64,000 nucleotides of DNA, taken from contig CABQIK010000002.1 of NCBI GenBank assembly GCA_902464275.1, positions 80,485 to 144,484 of the forward strand. Direction: 5' to 3'. The DNA comes from an uncultured Alphaproteobacteria bacterium (GTDB taxonomy: Bacteria; Pseudomonadota; Alphaproteobacteria; RF32; CAG-239). The position numbers and the translations under genes were made by a program. Shown here piece after piece: positions 36,559 to 46,700 of the stretch; position 1 is the stretch's first letter, and each line of letters opens with the position of its first letter. The notes below the pieces were generated by a model. The model was not told where the DNA came from. It saw only the letters and a list, made by a program, of their open reading frames with translations, and searched no databases.

Positions 36559-37371
36559 CTATAACCAAATTTTGTTGTTATCGGTTTGTTTGATAACTTC
36601 AGTCCATTCATTGAGCTTTTTACCTTTGAGGTCATATAATGAAGTGGTGTATTTAATGGCCGGAACGTTTTTGCTCGGGGTATCAAACCAATCAGCTTCA
36701 GTGGCAAGGTAATAATCAGCATCGGCCAAATTGTCGGTTACGGTAAAAGTGTATGAATTGGAAAGGTTGCGTTTTAAGGTATTAACGCCGTTTTCAATAC
36801 CGGCCGGCAAATCAGTGCTTTTAACAACCGGATTTTGAACATAAAGTTTTACATTCGGGCGACTTTGATAAAGCGAGGATGTGTCTTGCAACATACGGCT
36901 TAACGTGCGGTTAGCAGCCAACTTATAAGCTTCAGGCATAGCCGGAATTATAACTTTTGCCGGAGCGGGTTCCGCCTGATATGAAACCTGCTGATTTTTA
37001 AATGTTTGGCAGTTACCGCAGCCGCAATTTAAGGTTTGACCGTCCGTTTCGCACTCACGGCGCGGTTTGGGTTGAGCAACGGTTTCAGTTACGCGCGGGC
37101 GCAAAACTTCGCGGCAGGGATCGGGACGATATGCGCAGCGGCACGGGTTAACCTCAGTTTTAACTTCCTGACAAGGGCAAGGTTTCGGTTCAGCCTTTTC
37201 ACACGGAGAAGCCTTAACTTCCTGACACGGACAAGGCGCCGGTTCGGCCTTAACTTCCTGACAAGCGCACGGCGCGGGTTCGGCCGCAACCTGAGCTTTT
37301 TCGGTTTGACAATTTTTATGGGCACAAGCGGCTAATGTAACAACCAATGCCAAAGCCATAAGTTTTTTCAT
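36559..37371 (-). CDS. Lipoprotein with Cys/Pro-rich PCxCQEVK repeats
   Basis: Lipobox LAAC. Repeats are AEPAPCACQEVK, AEPAPCPCQEVK and AEPKPCPCQEVK. C-terminal globular domain. Confidence 0.7.
   Translation of the reverse strand: MKKLMALALVVTLAACAHKNCQTEKAQVAAEPAPCACQEVKAEPAPCPCQEVKASPCEKAEPKPCPCQEVKTEVNPCRCAYRPDPCREVLRPRVTETVAQPKPRRECETDGQTLNCGCGNCQTFKNQQVSYQAEPAPAKVIIPAMPEAYKLAANRTLSRMLQDTSSLYQSRPNVKLYVQNPVVKSTDLPAGIENGVNTLKRNLSNSYTFTVTDNLADADYYLATEADWFDTPSKNVPAIKYTTSLYDLKGKKLNEWTEVIKQTDNNKIWL
37135..37284 (-). repeat. In-frame repeats encoding (A)EPxPCxCQEVK units
   Basis: Three near-identical units are visible in the translation. Confidence 0.75.
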
Positions 37372-37520
37372 TACTTTCCTCCTTAATTTGTAAAAGATGC
37401 GCTTATATTAGACATTTTTTTGATAAAAATCAATTTTTATTTTTATATAGTCGCTTTTATTGATTTATCATTTGCCTTTTGTAAAAAAATAAGATAAATT
37501 CGCCCTCATTGAGGTAAAAT

Positions 37521-37958
37521 ATGGTTATAACTTTTTCAGCTGTTTTGGCTTTAATGTTGGTTTTAATTAAGCCTTTGCAACGCAATCCGTTTTTTTTGAT
37601 ATATTTCGGATTGCTTATCGGCGCGGCTTATTACATGGAAACATATATGTTCAAGCTTCCGCTGTTTTCGCCCAAGCTGATATGGGTGTTTGTGCTTTTG
37701 CATATTGTTATTATTAATTTGGTAACAATTATTGCCTACGGAACCGACAAAAAAGCCGCAATTAAAGGGCAATGGCGCGTGCCGGAAATGCAGCTCCACA
37801 CATTAGAACTATTGGGAGGCTGGGTCGGAGCCTTTGCGGCGCAAAAAATTTTTCATCACAAAACCAAAAAGAAAAGTTATCAATCTTTGTTTTGGCTTAC
37901 GCTGATTATTCAGTTGACCGCGGTTTATTACATCGCTAAATTTTTACACATCTTTTAA
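37521..37958 (+). CDS. DUF1294-family membrane protein
   Basis: YGTDKKAAIKGQWRVPEMQLHTLELLGGWVGAFAAQKIFHHKTKK. Confidence 0.8.
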   Translation: MVITFSAVLALMLVLIKPLQRNPFFLIYFGLLIGAAYYMETYMFKLPLFSPKLIWVFVLLHIVIINLVTIIAYGTDKKAAIKGQWRVPEMQLHTLELLGGWVGAFAAQKIFHHKTKKKSYQSLFWLTLIIQLTAVYYIAKFLHIF

Positions 37959-37977
37959 CAAGCAGGACTTATATTCT

Positions 37978-39744
37978 ATGGCAAAAAGCGTACCGGTTGA
38001 ACTTAAAATGAGTTTTCATGAGCATTACAAGGCAATGTGGCCTTTTGTAAAGCCTTATGCCTTCAGAGCCTTAATGGCAATTTTAATCACCATTCCCATC
38101 GGGGCGCTTGATTCGGTGGTGGCGCTTGCCTTAAAGCCGTATATGGATATTGTTTTGGTGGATAAATCATCACAATCGCCGGCTTATATTCCGTTTTTGA
38201 TTATTGCCTTTACCTCAGTGCAAGGGTGCTTAAATTATGCCGCGACTTATTTGAACACTTGGGTCGGCACTAAAATAAACCATGATGTTAAACGGGCGTT
38301 ATTTAAAAAACTGCTCTGTTTGGAAACATCGTTTTTTGACACCAACGACTCGGGCGTGGTTATTCAGCGCTTTTCAACCGACTGCGACACTGCCTGCACC
38401 GGTTTGTTAGAAAACTTAAAAACCTTTTTCTCGCGGTTTTTCTCTTCAGTTTCATTAATCGGGGTGCTGATTTACAACTCATGGCAGCTTTCAATTATCG
38501 CCATTGTGTTTTTACTCGGCGCTTTACTGCCGCTTTCATCGGTTAAGCGGCGGATTAAAAAAAGCATTGCCCGCAATGTGGAAGAAACCACCAAAATTTA
38601 CACCAATTACAATGAATCGCATAACGGCAGCAAAACCATTGCCGCTTACAATCTGCAGTCATACATTTACAGCCGCTTTGACGCAACTTTGCGGGTGATT
38701 TTCAAATTAACCATGAAAGTGGTTCAGCGCACCGGTTGGATGACCCCTTTAATGCACATTATTGTTTCGGCCGGTATCGGCGGAGTTATCTGGTATGGCA
38801 GCACGCTTATTGTTGAGGGTAAAATTTCAGCCGGAAACTTTGTGTCGTTTATCACGGCTTTGGTTTTGCTGTACACTCCGATTAAAAGCATCGGCAAAAG
38901 CTATAACAATGTGCAGGTTTCGTTTTTGGCGATTGAGCGCATTATAGACATTTTAAGAATTAAGCCGCAGATTGAAAACTGCGAAAAACCGAAAACTTTA
39001 CAAAAAATCAGCAAAGGAATTAGGTTTGAAAACGTTTGCTTTGAATATGTGCCCGGCTGTCCGGTTTTGAAAAACATTACCTTAGACGTTCCGGCAGGTT
39101 CCAATGTGGCGATTGTCGGCAACTCGGGCGGCGGAAAAACCACGTTGGTTAATTTGCTACCGCGCTTTTATGACGTTACTTCCGGGCAAATTTTAATTGA
39201 CGGGGTTAATATCAAAAAATATTCGTTAGAATCGCTGCGTGACAACATTGCCGTGGTATTTCAAGACAACTTTTTATTTTCAGGCACCATCAGAGAAAAT
39301 ATTTTGCTCGGCAAGCCCGATGCCACGGAAGCTGAAATTTTTGACGTGCTGAAATTGGTATATTTGGATAAATTTGCGGCCGGATTAAAAGACGGCTTAG
39401 ACACTGAAATCGGCGAACGCGGAGCCGTGCTTTCCGGCGGGCAAAAACAGCGCCTTGCCATTGCCCGCGCGTTAATCAAAGACGCTCCGATTGTTATTTT
39501 GGACGAGGCAACCTCCGCGCTTGACAATAAGTCTGAAGCCGTAGTGCAAAAAGCGATTGAAAACCTTATGGCGCGCCGCACCGTGTTTGTAATTGCGCAC
39601 CGTTTGTCAACCATTAAAAATGCCGGACAGATTATTGTGGTTAACGACGGACAAGTGATTGAAAGCGGCACGCACGCTGAATTGCTCAAAAAGTCAAACG
39701 GCGCTTACACCGCTTTGTATAACGCGCAGTTTAAAAACGCCTAA
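37978..39744 (+). CDS. ABC exporter, fused permease/ATPase (MsbA-like)
   Basis: 588 aa. Six-TM N-terminal half, Walker A GNSGGGKTT, signature LSGGQKQR and Walker B IVILDEATSALD. Confidence 0.88.
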   Translation: MAKSVPVELKMSFHEHYKAMWPFVKPYAFRALMAILITIPIGALDSVVALALKPYMDIVLVDKSSQSPAYIPFLIIAFTSVQGCLNYAATYLNTWVGTKINHDVKRALFKKLLCLETSFFDTNDSGVVIQRFSTDCDTACTGLLENLKTFFSRFFSSVSLIGVLIYNSWQLSIIAIVFLLGALLPLSSVKRRIKKSIARNVEETTKIYTNYNESHNGSKTIAAYNLQSYIYSRFDATLRVIFKLTMKVVQRTGWMTPLMHIIVSAGIGGVIWYGSTLIVEGKISAGNFVSFITALVLLYTPIKSIGKSYNNVQVSFLAIERIIDILRIKPQIENCEKPKTLQKISKGIRFENVCFEYVPGCPVLKNITLDVPAGSNVAIVGNSGGGKTTLVNLLPRFYDVTSGQILIDGVNIKKYSLESLRDNIAVVFQDNFLFSGTIRENILLGKPDATEAEIFDVLKLVYLDKFAAGLKDGLDTEIGERGAVLSGGQKQRLAIARALIKDAPIVILDEATSALDNKSEAVVQKAIENLMARRTVFVIAHRLSTIKNAGQIIVVNDGQVIESGTHAELLKKSNGAYTALYNAQFKNA

Positions 39745-39747
39745 AGA

Positions 39748-40233
39748 TTATTGCACGAACATGGTCGGAAACAGCACCTGACGCGGCGACATATTCTGCG
39801 TGAGCACCGCTTTGAATATCGGATACATCTGCTCGCACTCGCTCACCGCAATAGAAAAGACCTGCTCCAACTTGCCGAAAAAGTCAGATTCATCAGGATT
39901 AATAATCAACGAATGTTTAAACATCGGCATTTTGCGCTCATTCCAATATGAAAAATGGCCAAGCCACATATCTTCATTGACCAACGCGAGCAGTTCAAAA
40001 ATTTTACCGGTATCGGCAGTCGGCGAATCTATGTTCATCAGGCATGAAATGTGCAAACAGCGCAGATGTTCTTCCCAGGCAAAAAAGAGCAACATGTTAT
40101 CCCATTTGCCTTCAACCTCAGCCACAACTTCAGTAGAACTGCGGCGCTCAAACTCTACCGATTTTCCTTGAAACATATTTTCAACGGCGTCTATCGGATT
40201 GTATATCGGTTTGGTTTGTATTGCCGAAAACAT
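39748..40233 (-). CDS. YbjN-like domain protein (tentative)
   Basis: ATG at 40233 (MFSAIQTKP...) is preferred over 40299. ~160 aa and soluble. The family call is tentative. Confidence 0.5.
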   Translation of the reverse strand: MFSAIQTKPIYNPIDAVENMFQGKSVEFERRSSTEVVAEVEGKWDNMLLFFAWEEHLRCLHISCLMNIDSPTADTGKIFELLALVNEDMWLGHFSYWNERKMPMFKHSLIINPDESDFFGKLEQVFSIAVSECEQMYPIFKAVLTQNMSPRQVLFPTMFVQ

Positions 40234-40474
40234 TCGGGTGTCCTTAAATTTTGATAAATTAACTGCTTTTACAGTGCAACAGCGAGTCGTTTCAGGCAAT
40301 AAAGTTTAAAAAGTTTTCCACCATATTCACAACAACAAAAAAATCTTTTAAAAAATATCGTTTTTTTTCAATACTATACAAAAAACAAGGGTAAATAAAA
40401 ATTTTTATATGTGGATTATCTGAAGTTTTTTAATATACTCTTAAACAAAATAAAAAAACGGTAAAGGATATTTT

Positions 40475-41284
40475 ATGAACGGTTTAGCTTACCCCGATAT
40501 TTCGCCGATTATATTTTCAATCGGTCCGCTCGCCGTGCGTTGGTATTCAATGGCATATTTGTTCGGCATTGTTGCGGCGTGGTTTTTGGTATCACGAAAT
40601 ATCAAAAAATTTAGTCTGCCGATTTCAAAAGCGGCTTTGGAAGATATGGTGTTTTATATCACGCTCGGTATTGTTTTGGGCGGGCGCCTCGGTTATGTGC
40701 TGTTTTACGGGCGCGATATGTTTGCCGAAAATCCGCTTGAAGTTTTTGCAATTTGGCACGGAGGAATGTCTTTTCACGGCGGAATCATCGGCGTAATTGC
40801 AGCCACCTATCTGGTTACCAAAAAATATAATTACAAATTTTTGAGCATTACCGACCTGATAGCGCTTTATGCTCCTATCGGGATTTTTTGCGGACGCTTG
40901 GCTAATTTTGTTAATGACGAGCTTTGGGGCAGAGTGGCTGACGTGCCGTGGGCAATTAAATTTCCGGCGGGAGGATATTTACCGCGCCATCCGTCACAGT
41001 TATATGAAGCCGCGCTTGAAGGTTTGCTTTTGTTTATAATTTTAAATTTGCTATGGCAAAAGCAATGGGTACGGCAACACACCGGCTTTACTTCGGGGCT
41101 GTTTTTGCTCGGTTACGGCATGTTCCGGGCATTTTTGGAGCAATTTCGCGAACCTGACGCGCAACTCGGCTTTATTTTTGCGCATATCACCATGGGGCAG
41201 CTGCTTTCGCTTCCGTTTATTTTACTGGGAATCGCATTGTTGTTTGTTGCCGCAAAGCGCAGCGATATTGACCTTAAACTTTAA
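40475..41284 (+). CDS. lgt: Prolipoprotein diacylglyceryl transferase
   Basis: WHGGMSFHGGIIG, GRLANFVNDELWGR and HPSQLYEA motifs. Confidence 0.93.
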   Translation: MNGLAYPDISPIIFSIGPLAVRWYSMAYLFGIVAAWFLVSRNIKKFSLPISKAALEDMVFYITLGIVLGGRLGYVLFYGRDMFAENPLEVFAIWHGGMSFHGGIIGVIAATYLVTKKYNYKFLSITDLIALYAPIGIFCGRLANFVNDELWGRVADVPWAIKFPAGGYLPRHPSQLYEAALEGLLLFIILNLLWQKQWVRQHTGFTSGLFLLGYGMFRAFLEQFREPDAQLGFIFAHITMGQLLSLPFILLGIALLFVAAKRSDIDLKL

Positions 41285-42429
41285 GCCTCAGAAGTTAAGT
41301 TTTGAGTAAACTTATAAGCCTTTTGCACTTTTTCACGCGTGCGGGTTAAAACCACTTCGGCATCGGCATCGCTGCGTTTTTTCTCGGAAATTCCGGCGGA
41401 GACGGTAATAACCTCTTTTACCGGTTTGCGGCCTAACATAAATTCAGAACCGGCAATGCTGCGGCGAATAGTTTCAAGATATTCGCGCCCTTGTTTTTTA
41501 TTTTCATTTTTGAAAATTAAAACAAATTCATCATCGTTGTAGCGATAAATAGCGGCGCCGGTATCGGCTTCTTCAATTTTGTTAACAATCATTTTGGTGA
41601 GCATGTCGGTTTTGCGCGCGCCGTAAACCATGCGTATTTTTTCGTAATTATCAATATAAATTACCCCTAAAGCATACTTTAGCGGAAACGATGATTTAGA
41701 ATGACGATAATACGCGGCGCGGCTGTATACTCCGGTTAAAGCATCGCGCAACAAGCCATATAAAAACGCATGCAAAGAGGCTGAGAGCAAAATAAATGAC
41801 GAAGCGGCAAAAAAGATGGCCACCGCGGCGGGCGAATCGGCGTAAAACATAGCAAAACCGATACTGATTAAAGCAAAGGTCATGCCGGCATTTTTAATGG
41901 TGTTATTGCAGCTTTGCCAAATAAGCGCCGCCAAAATTACCGCAATCCACTCCGCGCCGATTAATGAAATGTAATTAAGCGAGACGGTCGGCATAAAATA
42001 TTCGGCTTTTTCTATTAAAAACGCCTGAAACAATATTGCGCACAAGCAATAAAAATTGTTTTCATTATTTAGAGAGCCATCATCACGAATTAAAAAAAAC
42101 AGCCAATTAAGCGGCAGCAAAATTAAAAGCAACTCCCATGAAGGCGTTGTGGTAAAGCTTATGCCGCAGCTTATTTTCAAATTGTTAAGGGTTAAACCGG
42201 CAATGAGGAGCCAAATTGTTATAAATATTGTTTTGGTTTGCTGCAAAAAAAGTAAAAAGGCAATGTTTATGCCGCAAAAAACATAAAACAGAACATACCA
42301 CATTACATTTTGTTCCGGCGCAAAATTAAGCGCGGAGCAAAAATAAAAAAATGCCGCGGCAAACACAGCCGCCGGAATATATGACGTTTTGGTATCGGCA
42401 AGCAGTTTACCGAACAGGTCAGCAAACAT
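41281..42429 (-). CDS. Membrane-anchored GGDEF-type domain protein with degenerate active-site motif
   Basis: ~230-aa polytopic N-terminus. The C-terminal domain has DALTGVYSRAAY but the signature reads RYNDDEF instead of GGDEF. Confidence 0.75.
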   Translation of the reverse strand: MFADLFGKLLADTKTSYIPAAVFAAAFFYFCSALNFAPEQNVMWYVLFYVFCGINIAFLLFLQQTKTIFITIWLLIAGLTLNNLKISCGISFTTTPSWELLLILLPLNWLFFLIRDDGSLNNENNFYCLCAILFQAFLIEKAEYFMPTVSLNYISLIGAEWIAVILAALIWQSCNNTIKNAGMTFALISIGFAMFYADSPAAVAIFFAASSFILLSASLHAFLYGLLRDALTGVYSRAAYYRHSKSSFPLKYALGVIYIDNYEKIRMVYGARKTDMLTKMIVNKIEEADTGAAIYRYNDDEFVLIFKNENKKQGREYLETIRRSIAGSEFMLGRKPVKEVITVSAGISEKKRSDADAEVVLTRTREKVQKAYKFTQNLTSEA

Positions 42430-42477
42430 AAAAAACTCCTTTAACGTTTTGATGCTTTGCTATAACACAACTTTGGT

Positions 42478-43560
42478 TTAAATTTTATTTACGCATTTTA
42501 AAATAGAGCTGTCGCCGTATGAATAAAAACGATAGCGCTCATTTATGGCATGCTGATAAGCCGCTTTCATGCGTTCGGTACCGGCAATGGCGCAAATAAG
42601 CATAAATAAAGTTGACTTCGGCAAATGAAAGTTGGTGATAATCATATCTATAATTTTAAACTTGTAGCCGGGAGTAATAAAAATATCGGTTTCGCCGGCA
42701 AACGGGTGCAAAACGCCTTTTTCATCGGCGGCGCTTTCAAGCAGACGAACCGAGGTGGTGCCAACGGCGATAATGCGGCGGCCTTCTTGTTTGGCTTTAT
42801 TGATTATAGCGGCGGTCTGCTCTGAAATTATGCCGTATTCGGCGTGCATTTTATGATCTTTGGTATCTTCGGTTTTAACCGGCAAAAAAGTTCCGGCGCC
42901 AACATGCAAAGTTAAAAACACTTTGGTAACGCCTTTTTTATCAAGCGCGTTTAACACATTTTGCGTAAAATGCAATCCGGCAGTGGGAGCGGCAACCGCG
43001 CCGTCATATTTGGCATAAACGGTCTGATAATTTTCTTTGTCATTATATTTGTTCCAAAGCCCCTGCCCCGGTTTGTCACGCTTAATATAAGGCGGAAGCG
43101 GCATAGAACCGTATTTTTCAAGCATGCGGCCAAGCGCGTCAACTTCACAGGTAAATTGCAGTAAAACGCCGTCCTCGCCGTTTTTTTCAAGCACAATGGC
43201 GGAAAAATCAGAATCTTCCGCCGCAATTTCATCAGTATAAAACTCAACTTCATCACCTGGTTTTAAGCGTTTGGCATTTTTTACAAACGACCACCAGGCT
43301 TTGCCGTCTTCAGGGTGGTAAAGCGTAACTTCAACCAAAGCATCACCGCGCTTGCCGTACAAACGCGCCGGAATAACTTTGGTATCATTAAAAACCAAAA
43401 CATCGCCCTTTTGCAAAATGTCCGGCAAATCATAAAAATGGCGGTCATTAATTTCATTTTCTTTTGACAAATCCAACAAGCGGGACGAATCGCGCGGATT
43501 AACCGGTTCTTTGGCAATTAAATCTTTGTCCAGTTCAAAATCAAAAACATCTACCTTCAT
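42478..43560 (-). CDS. queA: S-adenosylmethionine:tRNA ribosyltransferase-isomerase
   Basis: MKVDVFDFELDKDLIAKEPVNPRDSSRLL and LPPYIKR motifs. 360 aa. Confidence 0.93.
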   Translation of the reverse strand: MKVDVFDFELDKDLIAKEPVNPRDSSRLLDLSKENEINDRHFYDLPDILQKGDVLVFNDTKVIPARLYGKRGDALVEVTLYHPEDGKAWWSFVKNAKRLKPGDEVEFYTDEIAAEDSDFSAIVLEKNGEDGVLLQFTCEVDALGRMLEKYGSMPLPPYIKRDKPGQGLWNKYNDKENYQTVYAKYDGAVAAPTAGLHFTQNVLNALDKKGVTKVFLTLHVGAGTFLPVKTEDTKDHKMHAEYGIISEQTAAIINKAKQEGRRIIAVGTTSVRLLESAADEKGVLHPFAGETDIFITPGYKFKIIDMIITNFHLPKSTLFMLICAIAGTERMKAAYQHAINERYRFYSYGDSSILKCVNKI

Positions 43561-43775
43561 GGTTACACCCTAAATTTTATTGTATTTTAGGCGGTTATAG
43601 TATATGATGCTTAACAAAGCAAGCAATTTTTACACTTAAAATTTTATTTTTAAAAATATAAAAATATTTTTCGCTAAAATTTGCATTTTTTGACAAAAAA
43701 GCTATTGAAAATCAAAATATTTTATTGTATACTGCGAACAATCAGAAACTTTTTTACACACGGGAGTGCTTAATT

Positions 43776-46700
43776 ATGGCAAAGAACGCTAAAGTTAAAA
43801 TGGATTTGAATGAAGCTGTTACGATTTTGCAGGGTGAAACTATCGCCAAAGCAAAAGGCGCGGACGGCTATTCGGCGGCAGAAGTAAAAGAGGCATTAAA
43901 GATTGTTAAAGCGCAAGATCCGGACAATCAGGTTTTGTATCAGTATATGCTTATTACCGTGTTTCAACCGGTTAAAGCGCAAGATCCGGACAATCAGGTT
44001 TTGCATGTTTATAATGAACAGGCTAAAAATGCCCAAAATACCGCGGGCAAAACAAATGCCGAAACAACTTCTAAAACCGGTAAAAAAACCGGCGCCAAAA
44101 AAGCGGCTAAACCTGCTAAAAGCGCAAACAAAGCTCAGGTTTTGCGTTCTGATGCTTCCGACAATAAAAAACCGGATTTTAACGAGGCCGTCACCATTTT
44201 GCAAGGCGAGGCTATTGCCAGAGCCAAAGGCGCAGAAGGTTTTTCAAAGGCTGAAGTTGAAGAAGCTCTTAAAATTGTTAAGGAGCAAGACCCTGACAAT
44301 AAGGTATTAAACATTTACATGCAACAAGCAAAAAATGCCGAAAAAGCCGAGAGTATCCCTGTAAAAAATGAAAATTCCGCTGATAAAAAGGCTGAAAATA
44401 AAAAGGCTGAAAACAAGCTTGAAAACGTTTCTGCGCAAAATGCCGAAAATCGGCAGGTTTTGCGTCCGGTTCCTCCGGCAGAGTCCATGAGCTTAGACGA
44501 GGCGGTTGCCATTTTGCAAGGCGAGGCTATCGCGGCCTTAAACGGCGCCGACGGATTTTCGCAAAGCAAAATTCAGGAAGCCTTGAAAGTTGTGCAGGAT
44601 AAAGACCCGAATCATCCGGCTTTAAAAGCTTATCAGGAACAGCTTGCCAACTTTGAAAAAGCCAACAAGCTGCAATCAAACAATCCGGTAATTTACGCGC
44701 AAAACTCAGAAGACACTGACTTTACGCTCAGAGGCTACACTTTTGATAAGTTTACCGAAAGCTCTGAAAATGACGACATTCGCGAATATATTGGCAATAC
44801 GGAGCTTACTGACAGCGTCAGCGGCAAAGTTTTGGAAGCTCAGGAACGCAAAGATTATCTTAACCTGATTTTTGAAGGCGCTAAGTTAAAAACCGAAACC
44901 TCATTAATAGGTGATGAAAAGTACGCCAAATTAAGCAATGCCCAGAAAATTAAGACGATTAAAGCAGAGCTTAAAACTATTTTCTTTGCTGACTTTGCCC
45001 GCACTGCCATTGCGTCAGATTTAGAAAAGCCAACCACTTTGGAGCAACGTATCGGCTCTAAAGAATATAAAGATTATATTCTGCGTCAATCACAAAAAGC
45101 TTCGGGCATTATGCAAAAAATTGTCAGCGGCGGTCAAAAGATTAAAATTAAAACCGACGCCATTTTGGCTTCATGCGCCGATACCGCGGCTCAGACCGAA
45201 CAATATATTAAAGGCCTGAGATTAAAAGCTCAGCAAGCTGTTGCGCAAGCTTCGCAATCGGCTAAAAACGGAGCGCAAAAAGCTTCAGACAATATACGTA
45301 ATGATTTTAACAAAATAGCCGACCGCTTGCAGAAACATAAAAACAATTTTGAGCAGCTGGCTAACAATGTTTCAAAAAATCGTTATCAAATTTTCAAGAA
45401 TATTAAAGGAAGTTTCAGTGATAACAAAATTAAATTGTTTGGCAATGTTGCCGCTAACGCCGCATTCGGTTATGTGACGGCGGCTGCCGCTTCCGGCGCG
45501 GTTGCCGGCGCAGCTGCTCCGGTATTGGTTCCGGCCGTTGCCGCTTATGCGGTATATCATGCCGCCGGTTCATTGGTATATCCGGTTGTGGCGGAAATTC
45601 GCAAAATCAACCGTCAAAAACGAGAAGCCGGTGAAGCGACCTTGCCGTTTATGCAAGCCTTAAAGCAAGCTTGGAAAAATAAAACCGAGTCTCGTAAAAA
45701 CAGACGCACCTATATTGTCAGCGTCTTAATCAACACCGCTGTTGCCGCCGGTGGTTTTGCATGGTTGAAAGACGGTTTGGAAGCCGCCGATGCCGCCGCA
45801 GCGTTGACTGACGGAGTTAAAGACGGCTTGAACGTTACTTTAGCATCCAGCATTGCCGAAACTCGTCATGCTATCAGTATGGGACGCGCAGGCGCCGCCA
45901 CCATGGCGCAGTTAGCAGATGCAGGTGTTGCTTACGGCGTTTCAGTTGCCGACCCGCAAAACTTAGAGAAAAAAGCCGAGGCTAAACAAACCGCGATTGC
46001 CGCTTTGATCGGTATGGGCTTAAACGCCGCCGCTCAGGGCTTGAGTTCGGCATTGCAAAATATTAACACCGCTAACGGCGAAATATCAGATGTGCTCTCA
46101 TCAGATAATGGCACCCCTGCTCCGGTTAACAATCCGGTTAATGACGATGGAATTGTAAATCCGGTAACCGGCGCTCCGGTTAACAATCCGGAAGCAAATG
46201 ATGTTGCCCCCGCTCCGAGTGCAGGCGATAATGTTACTGATATTGCCGACACCACTAATGACGCCTCTGTTGCTCCTAAACCAAACTTTGTTAAAGGTTT
46301 GTGGAATAAGTGGTTTGGCGGCAGAAGTAATGATGAAGCCCCTTCAACCCCGATTGTCGGCGACGGCAGAAACCCTGACGGAAGTTGGCAGGTTTCAGAC
46401 GGAAACGGCGATGCCGTTAATATTGTGGATAATGGCGGCAACGCAGGCGATGTTGATGTTGCAACCAATGGCGGAAATGTTCCTGCCGGTTTATTCCCGA
46501 GAGAATATAATCAGGATATGGGCATCAGCCAAAGAGAATATAACACTTTGGTTAATACCACTGAAGGCACGCTTAAAGCCGCAACCGGCGAAGAAGTTAC
46601 TTTGGACAGAGCTTACAGCAATCTCAGCGGCTCTATGGATCAATTTAAAGGCAGAACCGAAGAAGAAATTATGTACAAATATAACCGCTTGTATGCCTTT

